The notes under the pieces were generated by a model. That model saw nothing but the letters and a program-made list of their open reading frames with translations, was not told where the DNA came from and did no database searches. A stretch of DNA of 64,000 nt from Clostridia bacterium (GTDB lineage: Bacteria; Bacillota; Clostridia; JAAYHZ01), in assembly GCA_050950825.1 (NCBI GenBank), contig JBMNIH010000004.1:608001-672000 (forward strand), in the 5' to 3' direction. This document shows positions 6,866 through 16,571 of the stretch, in pieces; the first letter of the stretch is position 1, and every line of letters starts with the position of its first letter. The translations under genes and the position numbers were made by a program.

Positions 6866-9448
6866 TTAAATATTTGCCTCGTCGAAAGCTTTATCGTGAA
6901 TGGATAAATGGCTCCCTTGAGAATAACGGACATCATAAACGGAATCGTTTTTATACCGTATAAATGCAGTTAAGGCATCGGTTTTTATGCCGTAATCGGA
7001 AAGAGCAATGCATCTTCTTTGATACGGATCGTTGTAGATGAGAAGGTCGGTATAGTATAAAGATTCTACGCGAATAACTACACATTCATCCGGGAGGCTG
7101 TCGACCGCAAGTCTTTCAATGTTTAATATTTTGCTCTTCCCGTCGTAAGGCTCCATCACTTGAACAAAAACGACAGGCTGAAAAGGTTCCTCCGTTTGCT
7201 TTTGTGTTATGAAACAGGGCATTAATAGCTCGTTTTTTAAAATCCGCTCGTAATTTCTGTTCCCGAAAAATCTCATGTCCGCGATCATGATTTCGGATCC
7301 GGTTGTCAGATCGGTGCATCTTAGATGCCAATCTCTTTTTTTCGCAACGTAGTTAAAATAGTCCTCAATATGAAAGTCGACATACCGGTTTTGTTTTGGA
7401 GACGGGTCTTTTCTTAAATTCTCAAAAAACAAACCCTTCGGATAATCGTTTACTGTCGGCACCGGATTCATCCCGCTGTACGAAAGGCTTCCGATGGCGG
7501 CGTGCATGTATCTTTCGTACAGGCGGCCGTTGCCCTGCAGACGGAATATGTCTGCAATATAAAACGCTTCTTCGGAAAGGTCCGTAAGGGATAAGGTTCG
7601 AGCGAATTGCTTTCCGTCCTTTATCATATTCGGATTGCTGCAAGTTACGGTTTTAAAGGATTCGCTGTTCAGCCATAAATCAACCTTGCCCGCTCCTCGA
7701 ATGCCCGGTGAACGATCCTGCGTTGCACAATTATGAACAAAAATCGATTTACCCCAATTGAATTCATCGGAATAAAAGCCGCCGTTATATACAACGGGAG
7801 GATACCCCCAATCCGGCATCATATCGATGCCCATACAGAACAAGCCGATATTCATGGGATCCTCGTGCTCATGGCCGCTTTGCTCCCAATCAAAGTCTAT
7901 CCATAAAGCCCGTTTATGCTCTCCTTTACCGGATCGTAAAATGGCCAGATGCCAATTCGGCTTGATCACGCTAGGAAGATCAATTTCATATCCCTCGTCT
8001 TTCAGAACCTTATCAATTTCCTCTATCATTTGATCAAATTCTTGTTTGCCTAAAAAATCGATCTGCGCTAACAGCTCGGTATATCGCTCTTTAACTGCCG
8101 ACCATATTCCTTTGATAAACACGGTGTCTCCTGTTATTTTGTAACATTTGTATAGCATATATAAGGAGCCCGGGCTTTTGTGCAGACAGCCGCCGGAGGG
8201 TTCGGCAAAAGCAAGGCAATCACCAATTTTAGGATAATACTCGTCGATGCACAAGGTATCAATGAAGAATCGATAGGCTTCGATTAGCGAAGGGTATTTT
8301 TTAAGCAAATCGTCGATAAAAGAAGGCTTTTTATGGACAAACTTCAAAAGGATTTCCGTCAGCTGCTCTTTTGCGTGGTTGGTATATCCGGTAAGACCGT
8401 TTTCCTTTGTAGCTCCGTCACGTTCCGTGCACTGAACAATGATTTCTTCCAACAGGGAATCCACCGTTTCATCATTACCTAACACGGCATGGATGATAGC
8501 GTATAAAGCATGGGTCATCGGAAAGTTGGATCTGCATTTTTTGTAATTTGCCAAAGCGTCCTTCAGTATACGATTTTCAATATGCTGCAGGATGTCTTGG
8601 GGTGAATTTACGGTATACGGTAAACCGTGTTTTTCTTTTTGCGCCTTTACAAATGCCAATAATTCCTGATCCTCGAGCATTGCACCTCGGATGATATCAT
8701 AAGCATGGGCGAAGACGGATATATCGTAGTAGGAATGAAACCAATACCCGAAATAGCCTTCGGTTGAGTAAAGCTGTTCATGTACATATACTTGGGTATG
8801 TGCATCGTAATTCGGCCAATAATCGGCATAACGGTCCAGCAATACGGCACATTTACGGGCATACTCCGGCTTTCCCGTAAGGAGGTATGCATAGCTTAAC
8901 GAGTAAATGCCACGAACCAAATCCTTGTGGTGGCCGTGTATAAGGTAGTAGCCGATAAATCGCTGTACGGTATCTCCGTTGCAATAACCGTTCCCGTCAT
9001 CAACGGCAAACATATGCAGAGGATCGTTAGGATCCGGATGCTCCGTGTTAAACAGCAGTGTTTTATCCGCCTTTTCATACCGGAAAACACCGGTTTCATC
9101 GATGCCGGATTTATAGAAAGAGTAGAAATCATTTTTCGGAAAGTAATTCTTACAGTCGGGGCATCGGACTTTCCAGGGGAAGGATATAGGATCAATTTCC
9201 CAATCGTATAATAGCCGTTTTTTCCTGCAAACGGGACACAAGCTGTTTGTGTGTACATAATGAGAACGTAGAATATACGGGTCGATTACCAAACTCCAAA
9301 GCTCCGCATCGTCTTTTGATATGAACCGTTGAGCCTCTTTTAATATGTTCCATCTTTTTTCCATGCCGTGCTTGCTTGTTTCGGCATATTCTCTGAGTTT
9401 TCGAACGGCGCCGTCAGGATAAAATACGCATTTGTTGTTTAAAGACAT
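6866..9448 (-). CDS. Heparinase II/III-like polysaccharide lyase with an N-terminal CxxC...CxxC knuckle
   Basis: GHEHEDPMNIGLF...DMMPDWGYP and HNCATQD motifs match the Hepar_II_III C-terminal domain. Start placed at ATG 9448, downstream of SD GGAGGTG. No signal peptide. Confidence 0.7.
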   Translation of the reverse strand: MSLNNKCVFYPDGAVRKLREYAETSKHGMEKRWNILKEAQRFISKDDAELWSLVIDPYILRSHYVHTNSLCPVCRKKRLLYDWEIDPISFPWKVRCPDCKNYFPKNDFYSFYKSGIDETGVFRYEKADKTLLFNTEHPDPNDPLHMFAVDDGNGYCNGDTVQRFIGYYLIHGHHKDLVRGIYSLSYAYLLTGKPEYARKCAVLLDRYADYWPNYDAHTQVYVHEQLYSTEGYFGYWFHSYYDISVFAHAYDIIRGAMLEDQELLAFVKAQKEKHGLPYTVNSPQDILQHIENRILKDALANYKKCRSNFPMTHALYAIIHAVLGNDETVDSLLEEIIVQCTERDGATKENGLTGYTNHAKEQLTEILLKFVHKKPSFIDDLLKKYPSLIEAYRFFIDTLCIDEYYPKIGDCLAFAEPSGGCLHKSPGSLYMLYKCYKITGDTVFIKGIWSAVKERYTELLAQIDFLGKQEFDQMIEEIDKVLKDEGYEIDLPSVIKPNWHLAILRSGKGEHKRALWIDFDWEQSGHEHEDPMNIGLFCMGIDMMPDWGYPPVVYNGGFYSDEFNWGKSIFVHNCATQDRSPGIRGAGKVDLWLNSESFKTVTCSNPNMIKDGKQFARTLSLTDLSEEAFYIADIFRLQGNGRLYERYMHAAIGSLSYSGMNPVPTVNDYPKGLFFENLRKDPSPKQNRYVDFHIEDYFNYVAKKRDWHLRCTDLTTGSEIMIADMRFFGNRNYERILKNELLMPCFITQKQTEEPFQPVVFVQVMEPYDGKSKILNIERLAVDSLPDECVVIRVESLYYTDLLIYNDPYQRRCIALSDYGIKTDALTAFIRYKNDSVYDVRYSQGSHLSIHDKAFDEANI

Positions 9449-9549
9449 CGGCTTCACCACCTCCCGCCCATTATAGCATAACCTTTATGCCGGAGTCAGT
9501 GAAAAATTTGTATACTCGAAAAAGAGTTACGAATACACGACGGCTTGTG

Positions 9550-9569
9550 ATAAACCGTATTCGGTTTAT
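9550..9569. promoter_or_regulatory. Palindromic candidate operator between the divergent lyase and esterase genes
   Basis: ATAAACCG-TATT-CGGTTTAT sits just upstream of a TATAAT (9572-9577). Confidence 0.4.
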
Positions 9570-9611
9570 AGTATAATAAAACCCGTAACGGATTTTAAAA
9601 GGAGGTTCTCT

Positions 9612-10664
9612 ATGACGATCACGGATGATATTAAGAAGGAAATAACGTTGCCGGAGAAGATTTATGCAGTCGAAGGAATGGAATTAAATATCTACTTGAG
9701 CAACTTGTTTTTACCGAGACCGGATTTGTTTTGTATCGATGTGGTTTCCGAACAGGGCGTTTTAATGGATAAATATTGGCGCTATATACCCGGAAAAGAA
9801 ACGGAAACGGAAGTTACGGTTGCCGGAATTGATTACGATGCAAATATTTTAAACGGCAAGTCCTGTAAAGTATTGTCTTGCAACAAATCGGACATGCCGC
9901 AAAAGAAAATCAAGTGCCTTTTTATTGGTGACAGCTTAACGCAGCAAGGAACATATACACAGCAGTTTCTAAACCTGTGCACCGCAACCGGATTGGATAT
10001 GGAGCTTATCGGAACGCGGGGCTACAAGTACAACCGCCAAGGAATGAAAGACAATGTGCATGAAGGGTACGGCGGATGGTCTTTAAGAACTCATTTTGAA
10101 GATCAAACGTCTCCTTTTGTCTTTGACGGGAAGTTTGATTTTGAACGGTATATGGTTTCAAACGGTTTTGATAAACCGGATTTCGTCTTTTTCTTCTTGG
10201 GTCCCAACGACATTATTCGCGTAATGGACGATGCGCAAATGATTGAATTAGCGGAATACAACTGTGCAACATACGATAAGATTATCGACAATATTCATCG
10301 TTACGACAAAGATATACACATCGGCATTTGCACCATGCTTCCTCCGTCAAGCAGCCAGGATGCATTCGGATGCAGTTACGGTCCTCGATTCAAAAGATAT
10401 CGATATATTCGAAACGTCCATTATTATAACCTGTACATGCTCCATGCTTTTGACGGGGGAAAATACGATAACGTAGGCATTGTGCCTTTGCATGTCATGT
10501 TTGACGCTGAAAACAACGTATCCTACGATTATCGGAAACCCAACGCAAGATCAAAAGAATTTTTGCATGTTCAAAACAATGCCGTACATCCTATCGACGA
10601 CGGATACGCTTTGGTTGCCGACGGTTTTTATTTCTACGTCCGAAATATGCTGAGTCAAAAATAA
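9612..10664 (+). CDS. SGNH/GDSL hydrolase (putative carbohydrate esterase)
   Basis: IGDSLT, HEGYGGW, LGPND and AVHP blocks. SD GGAGG. Confidence 0.85.
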   Translation: MTITDDIKKEITLPEKIYAVEGMELNIYLSNLFLPRPDLFCIDVVSEQGVLMDKYWRYIPGKETETEVTVAGIDYDANILNGKSCKVLSCNKSDMPQKKIKCLFIGDSLTQQGTYTQQFLNLCTATGLDMELIGTRGYKYNRQGMKDNVHEGYGGWSLRTHFEDQTSPFVFDGKFDFERYMVSNGFDKPDFVFFFLGPNDIIRVMDDAQMIELAEYNCATYDKIIDNIHRYDKDIHIGICTMLPPSSSQDAFGCSYGPRFKRYRYIRNVHYYNLYMLHAFDGGKYDNVGIVPLHVMFDAENNVSYDYRKPNARSKEFLHVQNNAVHPIDDGYALVADGFYFYVRNMLSQK

Positions 10665-10672
10665 ACCGTAAA

Positions 10673-10698
10673 AAAAAGGCTGCGCAAGCAGCCTTTTT
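10673..10698. terminator. Bidirectional intrinsic terminator
   Basis: AAAAAGGCTGC-GCAA-GCAGCCTTTTT between convergent genes. Confidence 0.85.
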
Positions 10699-10726
10699 AA
10701 AAAAGAGGCTTTATAGGATTATCGGA

Positions 10727-12592
10727 TTAATAGTACAACTTACTCTTATCGATTTCAAACTTCTTGAAATCATCTCTGTTGAAGATTTCAACAAATTGGT
10801 CCAAGCCCGCCGCATACAATCGATCAATGTATGTTTCCCATTCGGAGTAAATGTTTGCAATTTCGCCGCGGAAGGCTCTGTTTCTGAAGTCATTGGCCAC
10901 GGTTAATATATCGCTTTGGATTTTATCCCGTAATGCGATGTACTCGTCGTACAAGTCGTTACCCATAAACAAGCGGCTGATCAATTTATCCGGCTCCAGT
11001 GTATATTTGATAAACCATCCGTTTTCGATTTGGTATTCGCACAATTGATAGAACCATTCACTAACCATGGACCATTTCTTGAAATCGGTTAAGAACTTGT
11101 CGGTAGCGAATATGGCTTGGATGGCGTTGTTGGTATATTGCTTCGGAATTTTTGAAGTGTCGGTGGCGATGATCGCGCTGTTATAAGGTTCGCCCGACCA
11201 CTTGTAATGGATATTTTCCAAGCCGTAATAATAACGATAGAATCCTTCATCCGTAAAGTGGGTGTATCTTAAGAGAGCAAGACAACGATCCAACTTTTCA
11301 TCGGTACAGGAGGCGCCAAATGTCCAAGTACCATAGGCACCGTCTCTGAAAGGAGTATCTATGTATCTTCTATTTCCGCCGGTTCCGTCAGGTCCTACGA
11401 TGACAGGAACGACGACAAATTTCGCATCGGGATGTTTATCCAGAATACCGTTCGGAACCCAATCTCTTACCCAATCAGGGTATGTGGGATTCATGTTGTA
11501 TAAGCAGTCTAACGGGAAGTGCCCGTAGACACCCGTGTTCAAACATCCGTAGAAGTTTCCAAGATAGTCTCCTGTTCCGGTTACATCCTGCAGATAATTC
11601 ATGTAACCTTTTGACAGCATGTCGTTAATGAAAACCAAGAAATCTCGCCATCCGGTAGAAGCATAGGGCGGTACATAGTTTCCGGAGGTTTCATCGTAAT
11701 GCAGCCAAGTGGTGTAGTACGAAGTGATTCCGAACATGCCGGTGTAAATATCCGTCCATGTACTTCCGTAAGACGGTCCGGTTAAAGGATACATGGCTCC
11801 GAAGGTATCGTCGATGCCGTTTCCGTCAGGGTCTTCTTCCGTGAAAGCTCTCAATATGTCGCAAAACTCTTCGTAGGAAAAGACATGGTTGGATAAGAAC
11901 ATGACTCCTTCGCTTGCTCTGCTCAAAGGTTCATAAGAAATTTTTACTTCGGTTAAATCGTCGATATCATAACCGACGTTCTCTAACCAGTCTAAACGGA
12001 AGCAATTGACGTGATACCAGTAGTTATTCATTGCATAACAGAATGATATTCCGTAATAGTGTTCGGGTTCGTCAGGAATGAGATTGAATTGGAATCCGAT
12101 GGGATTGCCTTCAAGAATGCTATAATATTCCGGCAATTTGGTTCTGATGGTTTCGAGAGTGATGTTTCTTGTTAATCCTTCGTTGTAGCCTCTTACGGGA
12201 TCATACCCGTTAATGTACCCGGTGTCCGCCCAGTCGCCGGCCGCCGCCATCATGGTGCATTGCTCTGCGCTGTAAGCGTCGATGTTCCATACCTTAAGAT
12301 CAATGTTGAACTTCTCTTCAAGCTCTAACTCGTCCCAGCGTCCTTCTTCGTAGTTATCCGTAAACCTTACCAGATAAGAAATCTCCAAATGTTTTTCGAA
12401 GGGATTTACCGGTTCGGTTTGGGCAGGAGCGGTGGTCGTTTGTTGAGCCGCCTTCGTGGTTGTTTCCGCCTTCGTGGTCGTGACTTGTGCTGCCGTTGTT
12501 GTTACATCGGGCGTCTGTTCTTGCGATTGCGAACAAGACACGAGTGTAAACAACAGTAGCAACGTTAATAGAACGCACAACTTACTTTTCAT
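10727..12592 (-). CDS. Extracellular solute-binding lipoprotein (carbohydrate ABC transporter type)
   Basis: Start MKSKL at 12592 after SD AAAGGAG. Lipobox LVS|C, Thr/Ala linker, RLDWLENVG, DPDGNGIDDTFG, YGLENIHY. Confidence 0.85.
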   Translation of the reverse strand: MKSKLCVLLTLLLLFTLVSCSQSQEQTPDVTTTAAQVTTTKAETTTKAAQQTTTAPAQTEPVNPFEKHLEISYLVRFTDNYEEGRWDELELEEKFNIDLKVWNIDAYSAEQCTMMAAAGDWADTGYINGYDPVRGYNEGLTRNITLETIRTKLPEYYSILEGNPIGFQFNLIPDEPEHYYGISFCYAMNNYWYHVNCFRLDWLENVGYDIDDLTEVKISYEPLSRASEGVMFLSNHVFSYEEFCDILRAFTEEDPDGNGIDDTFGAMYPLTGPSYGSTWTDIYTGMFGITSYYTTWLHYDETSGNYVPPYASTGWRDFLVFINDMLSKGYMNYLQDVTGTGDYLGNFYGCLNTGVYGHFPLDCLYNMNPTYPDWVRDWVPNGILDKHPDAKFVVVPVIVGPDGTGGNRRYIDTPFRDGAYGTWTFGASCTDEKLDRCLALLRYTHFTDEGFYRYYYGLENIHYKWSGEPYNSAIIATDTSKIPKQYTNNAIQAIFATDKFLTDFKKWSMVSEWFYQLCEYQIENGWFIKYTLEPDKLISRLFMGNDLYDEYIALRDKIQSDILTVANDFRNRAFRGEIANIYSEWETYIDRLYAAGLDQFVEIFNRDDFKKFEIDKSKLYY

Positions 12593-12637
12593 TTTTACAC
12601 TCCTTTCTATATGTCTATAAAGACAGTGCACATATAG

Positions 12638-12667
12638 ATTATAAGTATTGTTTCCAATGAAAGTCAA
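12638..12667 (-). promoter_or_regulatory. Putative sigma-A promoter of the solute-binding protein gene
   Basis: Minus strand TTGACT-18 nt-TATAAT. Confidence 0.6.
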
Positions 12668-12766
12668 CGCTTTAATTCATAAATTTATAAAATGAATAAT
12701 AAATATGTTCATTTACAAAGATGAAGTCCAATTTTAGAAAGCATAGTATTCCTATAAAATTAAATG

Positions 12767-12791
12767 AAAAACCGGGCTATGCCCGGCTTTT
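12767..12791 (-). terminator. Intrinsic terminator after the GHL10 gene
   Basis: CCGGGC-TAT-GCCCGG stem flanked by A and T tracts. Confidence 0.7.
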
Positions 12792-12811
12792 AAGATATAT
12801 TTATCCATTCT

Positions 12812-14311
12812 TTACATCGCTCTTACTTGTACCATGACATCTTTTACGGTCAATTTTTCTTTCGACGGGTTATAGATAAAGACGGTGTTGGTTCCCGCCT
12901 TGATTAATTTATCGTCAATGTCGTATGCGTTTTCTTCGACTTCCGATTGGGGTAATCGCCCGCCGTTGAAAAACACTTCGATATCGGCGACTGTGTTTAC
13001 GTTAAGGAACAGCTTCAAGCGATATGTTTTCGGTATTTTGCCAAGGCCTTCGTTTCCCATTTCAATAAAGGTGTATTCTTTTCCCTCGGGAGGTATCGTC
13101 AAAGGATTGGCAGGATTTAAAACGGGAATGTTAATAAATTTATTATGAGGATAGCAGGAACCTGCCACGGCGCCGACTCCGCGAATGCTTACGAAATAGT
13201 CCTTATCGTAATCGGCATATAGGGTAGGATCGTCGAGAGGTTCGTGAATACATGCAATCAAATCGTCTCTTTTTAATCCGCTGTTATTGAAAATGTAAAC
13301 ACCGTCCGCTCCGGATTTCCAAACATTCATGACACGTCCGCGGAAGGCTTTTAATGTATGCCGCATATTTCGAGCCTTTTCATCCCGTACTCTGCTTTCA
13401 TCTAAAGAAGGATAAACCGGAACGCCGTAGCGGTGTCCTAACGCCACGCTGTATTCCCATCCGTTTAATTGCAGGTAGCTGCTTGTTATTAACAGATCAA
13501 CGATTCCTTGTTGAAGCCATGCTTCAATATCCAGTCCGATGATTTTGCAAAAGGGTACGGAATCCGGTACCCGGACAGCCGTAAGGATCGGACGACGGCG
13601 CTTGCGGCCGTATTCATCCGCCAAAGAATAAACCTCTTTTACCAGATTCGTCATGATATCCAGCTGTTCTTGTGTTGCCGGCGTACCGTATGCCGGTTCT
13701 TTAAAGAACACGGGATGCCGGAAAAAGTCCATTAAGATCCCGTCTATGTTATAATTCCCCATGATCTCCTTAAAGGAGTCAAGAACCAATTTTCTTACCG
13801 CTTCTTTTTCGAAATTCGCCGCCGTTCCTGCGCCGTAGGGCGGTCGATCGCTATAGGAGGAAATGAGACAGTCGGGATTTTCTTTTTTAAACTTATTGGC
13901 TTCGAACATGGTTTTGCTGTATTCCGCACCGTGGTTGTCGTGAACGTCGTTCATACGCATGGTCCAAAAGATTTCAATGTTGTTTTGGTTGCAGAATCGA
14001 GTAATGATTTCCAGACAGTCGGTACCTTGCTCAATGAACTCCCGAGTCTTATTGTTCTTGAATATGATGTCCTTGGTGTCAAAAATGCTGCCTACCTTGG
14101 TATTGTGCGTGTAGACACCGATTCCCGAGGACCATGTACAGTAAAAGAGCGTATCTACCTTCGAGTCGGCAAGATAGAGGGTTCTTTGCTTCAACAATTC
14201 CAAAGGATCCGCCGTAGAACACTCGTAGACCGTATCACAGCCGTCATTGTCCAATAATACTTTTCGGGTTCGTAACTTCGCATTTTGCTTTAAGGTTTCA
14301 AAATCCGGCAT
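12812..14311 (-). CDS. Glycoside hydrolase-like family 10 (GHL10/DUF187) protein
   Basis: NDG, RMNDVH, NFEKEAVR, YNIDGILMDFFR, GLDIEAWLQQGIVD, GADGVYIFN. SD GGAGG. Confidence 0.75.
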   Translation of the reverse strand: MPDFETLKQNAKLRTRKVLLDNDGCDTVYECSTADPLELLKQRTLYLADSKVDTLFYCTWSSGIGVYTHNTKVGSIFDTKDIIFKNNKTREFIEQGTDCLEIITRFCNQNNIEIFWTMRMNDVHDNHGAEYSKTMFEANKFKKENPDCLISSYSDRPPYGAGTAANFEKEAVRKLVLDSFKEIMGNYNIDGILMDFFRHPVFFKEPAYGTPATQEQLDIMTNLVKEVYSLADEYGRKRRRPILTAVRVPDSVPFCKIIGLDIEAWLQQGIVDLLITSSYLQLNGWEYSVALGHRYGVPVYPSLDESRVRDEKARNMRHTLKAFRGRVMNVWKSGADGVYIFNNSGLKRDDLIACIHEPLDDPTLYADYDKDYFVSIRGVGAVAGSCYPHNKFINIPVLNPANPLTIPPEGKEYTFIEMGNEGLGKIPKTYRLKLFLNVNTVADIEVFFNGGRLPQSEVEENAYDIDDKLIKAGTNTVFIYNPSKEKLTVKDVMVQVRAM

Positions 14312-14372
14312 AATTACTACCTCCTTATATGAATCTATCTTATTCTACCACTAATTAACAACATGTAAACTT

Positions 14373-14412
14373 AAAAAAAGAAAGATCTTCATGACGAATG
14401 AAAATCTTTCTT
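14373..14412 (-). terminator. Intrinsic terminator of aroF-tyrA
   Basis: Minus strand AAAGAAAGATTTTCAT-TCGTC-ATGAAGATCTTTCTTT followed by a T run. Confidence 0.65.
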
Positions 14413-14424
14413 TGGATAATTATT

Positions 14425-15558
14425 TTATTTCTTCTCCTTCGGATGCACGCTGTAGCCCGTATTTCTTAACAGGGTATAGGCACGTTCCATGCTTTCCGGA
14501 TTGTAAAATTCGATACGAAGGACGCCTTCAAAGCCTTCTCGATTATGGACAATGCCGATATTCTTTATGTTAATGTTTTCTTCCGCCAGTAAAGTAGCGA
14601 TGCGGGCAATAATTCCCGGTCGGTCTTCTACGCTGACGCTGAATTCGAATACCGGCTGGATGGCGCCGGTTGTACGAAACTCGAAGGAATCACGGTATTT
14701 TTTAGCGTTTTCGAAGAAGGCATATACCTTATCGTTTTTGTTCTTTTCCAGCTCTTCTCGAAAGCTTTTTAACTCCTCCTCGAAGGAACGGAGCAATTTG
14801 AATATTTGCTCTTTATTTGAAAAACTGATGTCCGTCCAAATCTCGGGAGAGGAGGAAGCGATCCGCGTAATGTCTCGAAAGCCTCCTGCGGCCAAGGTGT
14901 GCATCAGCTTATTGGGCAAATCGTTTTTTTGAACGGTATTCACAAGAGCGCTTGCAATCACGTGAGGAACATGACTGATGGCGGCGGTAATATAGTCGTG
15001 GGTATCCGCATCCACGGTTATCACCAAAGCACCTATGGATTTTAAAAGCTCCGATAGGATTCTTACGGAATCGGCATCGGAATTGCGAGAAGGGGTGATT
15101 AAGTAATAAGCGTTTTCCAAGAGGATCTCCGTGGAATACTCGAATCCCTTTTTCTCCGAGCCGGCCATGGGATGTCCGCCGATAAAGGGGTATTCCGGCT
15201 TCAGCTCCTCAATCCTTTGAACGATTTCGCTTTTCGTACTTCCGATATCGGTAAGGATGCATCCTTTTTTCAAATGCCCTCGAAGCTTTTGAATAATCGG
15301 AACGGTCACATGAACCGGTGTGCAAATAAACACAATATCGCAATCGTATAGCGTTTCGACGGCAGGAAAAGAAGGGGGAAGCCCTTGGTCGGCTCCCGGC
15401 AGATAAGCCGCGGCGTCAATGACCTTTTGCTCCATTGCCATTTGCAATACCCGAGGATCTTTGTCGCAAGCCGTAATCTTTGCAACGGATTTTTTCTTTT
15501 TAAAGCTTTTGGCCAAGGAACCGCCCATAAATCCTAAGCCGATAATACCGATATGCAT
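14425..15558 (-). CDS. tyrA: Prephenate dehydrogenase with C-terminal ACT domain
   Basis: GLGFMGGS, DIGSTK, GGHPMAGSE, SHVPH, GGFRDITRIASS, and ACT motif EDRPGIIARI. Confidence 0.93.
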   Translation of the reverse strand: MHIGIIGLGFMGGSLAKSFKKKKSVAKITACDKDPRVLQMAMEQKVIDAAAYLPGADQGLPPSFPAVETLYDCDIVFICTPVHVTVPIIQKLRGHLKKGCILTDIGSTKSEIVQRIEELKPEYPFIGGHPMAGSEKKGFEYSTEILLENAYYLITPSRNSDADSVRILSELLKSIGALVITVDADTHDYITAAISHVPHVIASALVNTVQKNDLPNKLMHTLAAGGFRDITRIASSSPEIWTDISFSNKEQIFKLLRSFEEELKSFREELEKNKNDKVYAFFENAKKYRDSFEFRTTGAIQPVFEFSVSVEDRPGIIARIATLLAEENINIKNIGIVHNREGFEGVLRIEFYNPESMERAYTLLRNTGYSVHPKEKK

Positions 15559-16571
15559 TACAGTTTTCTCCCCATCACGTCCAGTATCGGCTTAATTTGT
15601 CGTACCAATTCGACAAAATCCTCCGGTGTCAAGGATTGTGCTCCGTCGGACAAAGCCCGGTCCGGATTCGGATGAACCTCCACCGTCAGCCCGTCACAGT
15701 CCACGGCTGCTGCGGCTCTTGCCAAGGGTATTACGTAATCCTTAACGCCGCATGCATGGGAAGGGTCGATAAATACCGGCAAGTGGGTCTTGGCTCGCAG
15801 CACCGGTATGGCACTGATATCCAACGTATTTCGAGTGGCGGTTTCAAAGGTACGGATACCTCTTTCGCACAGGATCACTTGGTTGTTGTGTTCTCGAATA
15901 ATGTATTCGGCGGCATTCAACCACTCGTCGATGGTAGCGGACATTCCTCTTTTCAGAAATATCGGCTTTTGAGTCCTGCCTACTTCTTTCAAAAGATCGA
16001 AATTTTGCATGTTGCGCGCCCCGATTTGAATAATGTCTACGTAAGGCTCCGCATCTTGAAGTGCAGGTATACCGGTGACTTCGCTGATGACGAGCATGCC
16101 GTAGGTATCGGCGGCGGCCCTTAAATATTTCAATCCTTCCACTCCCAAGCCTTGGAAAGAGTAGGGCGAGGTACGGGGTTTAAAAGCTCCGCCCCTTAAT
16201 ATTTTTACTCCTGCCTTGCTCAATTTTTCGGCCGTTTGAAAAATCTGTTCCTCGCTTTCCACGGCACAGGGGCCGGCAATCAAGACGAAGCGATCACCGC
16301 CGATTTCCACATCGCCCACCTTCACAACGGTTTCCTTCACGTTGAATTTGCGATTTACCAGCTTGTAGGATTCGGTGATGGGAACCAAACGGTCCACTCC
16401 GGGCATTAATTCTAAATTCGCATCCGCCACCAACCTTTTGTCTCCGATAACGCCGATAATCGTCAATTCTTTACCGGTAGAAAGATGAGCTTCCAAACCC
16501 GCTTTATGGAGCTTATCAACTATATTGTCAATTTCTTTTTTGCCTGCATTAGGCTTCATTACTATAATCAT
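15558..16571 (-). CDS. aroF: 3-deoxy-7-phosphoheptulonate (DAHP) synthase, type I-beta with ferredoxin-like regulatory domain
   Basis: IAGPCAVE, GGAFKPRTSPYSFQG, QIGARNMQN, LCERGIRTF, DPSH, EVHP. Confidence 0.95.
   Translation of the reverse strand: MIIVMKPNAGKKEIDNIVDKLHKAGLEAHLSTGKELTIIGVIGDKRLVADANLELMPGVDRLVPITESYKLVNRKFNVKETVVKVGDVEIGGDRFVLIAGPCAVESEEQIFQTAEKLSKAGVKILRGGAFKPRTSPYSFQGLGVEGLKYLRAAADTYGMLVISEVTGIPALQDAEPYVDIIQIGARNMQNFDLLKEVGRTQKPIFLKRGMSATIDEWLNAAEYIIREHNNQVILCERGIRTFETATRNTLDISAIPVLRAKTHLPVFIDPSHACGVKDYVIPLARAAAAVDCDGLTVEVHPNPDRALSDGAQSLTPEDFVELVRQIKPILDVMGRKL

Noticed and set aside
12593-12667. N-terminal extension of the solute-binding protein
   Set aside because: It covers the promoter and SD. 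The signal peptide begins at 12592.
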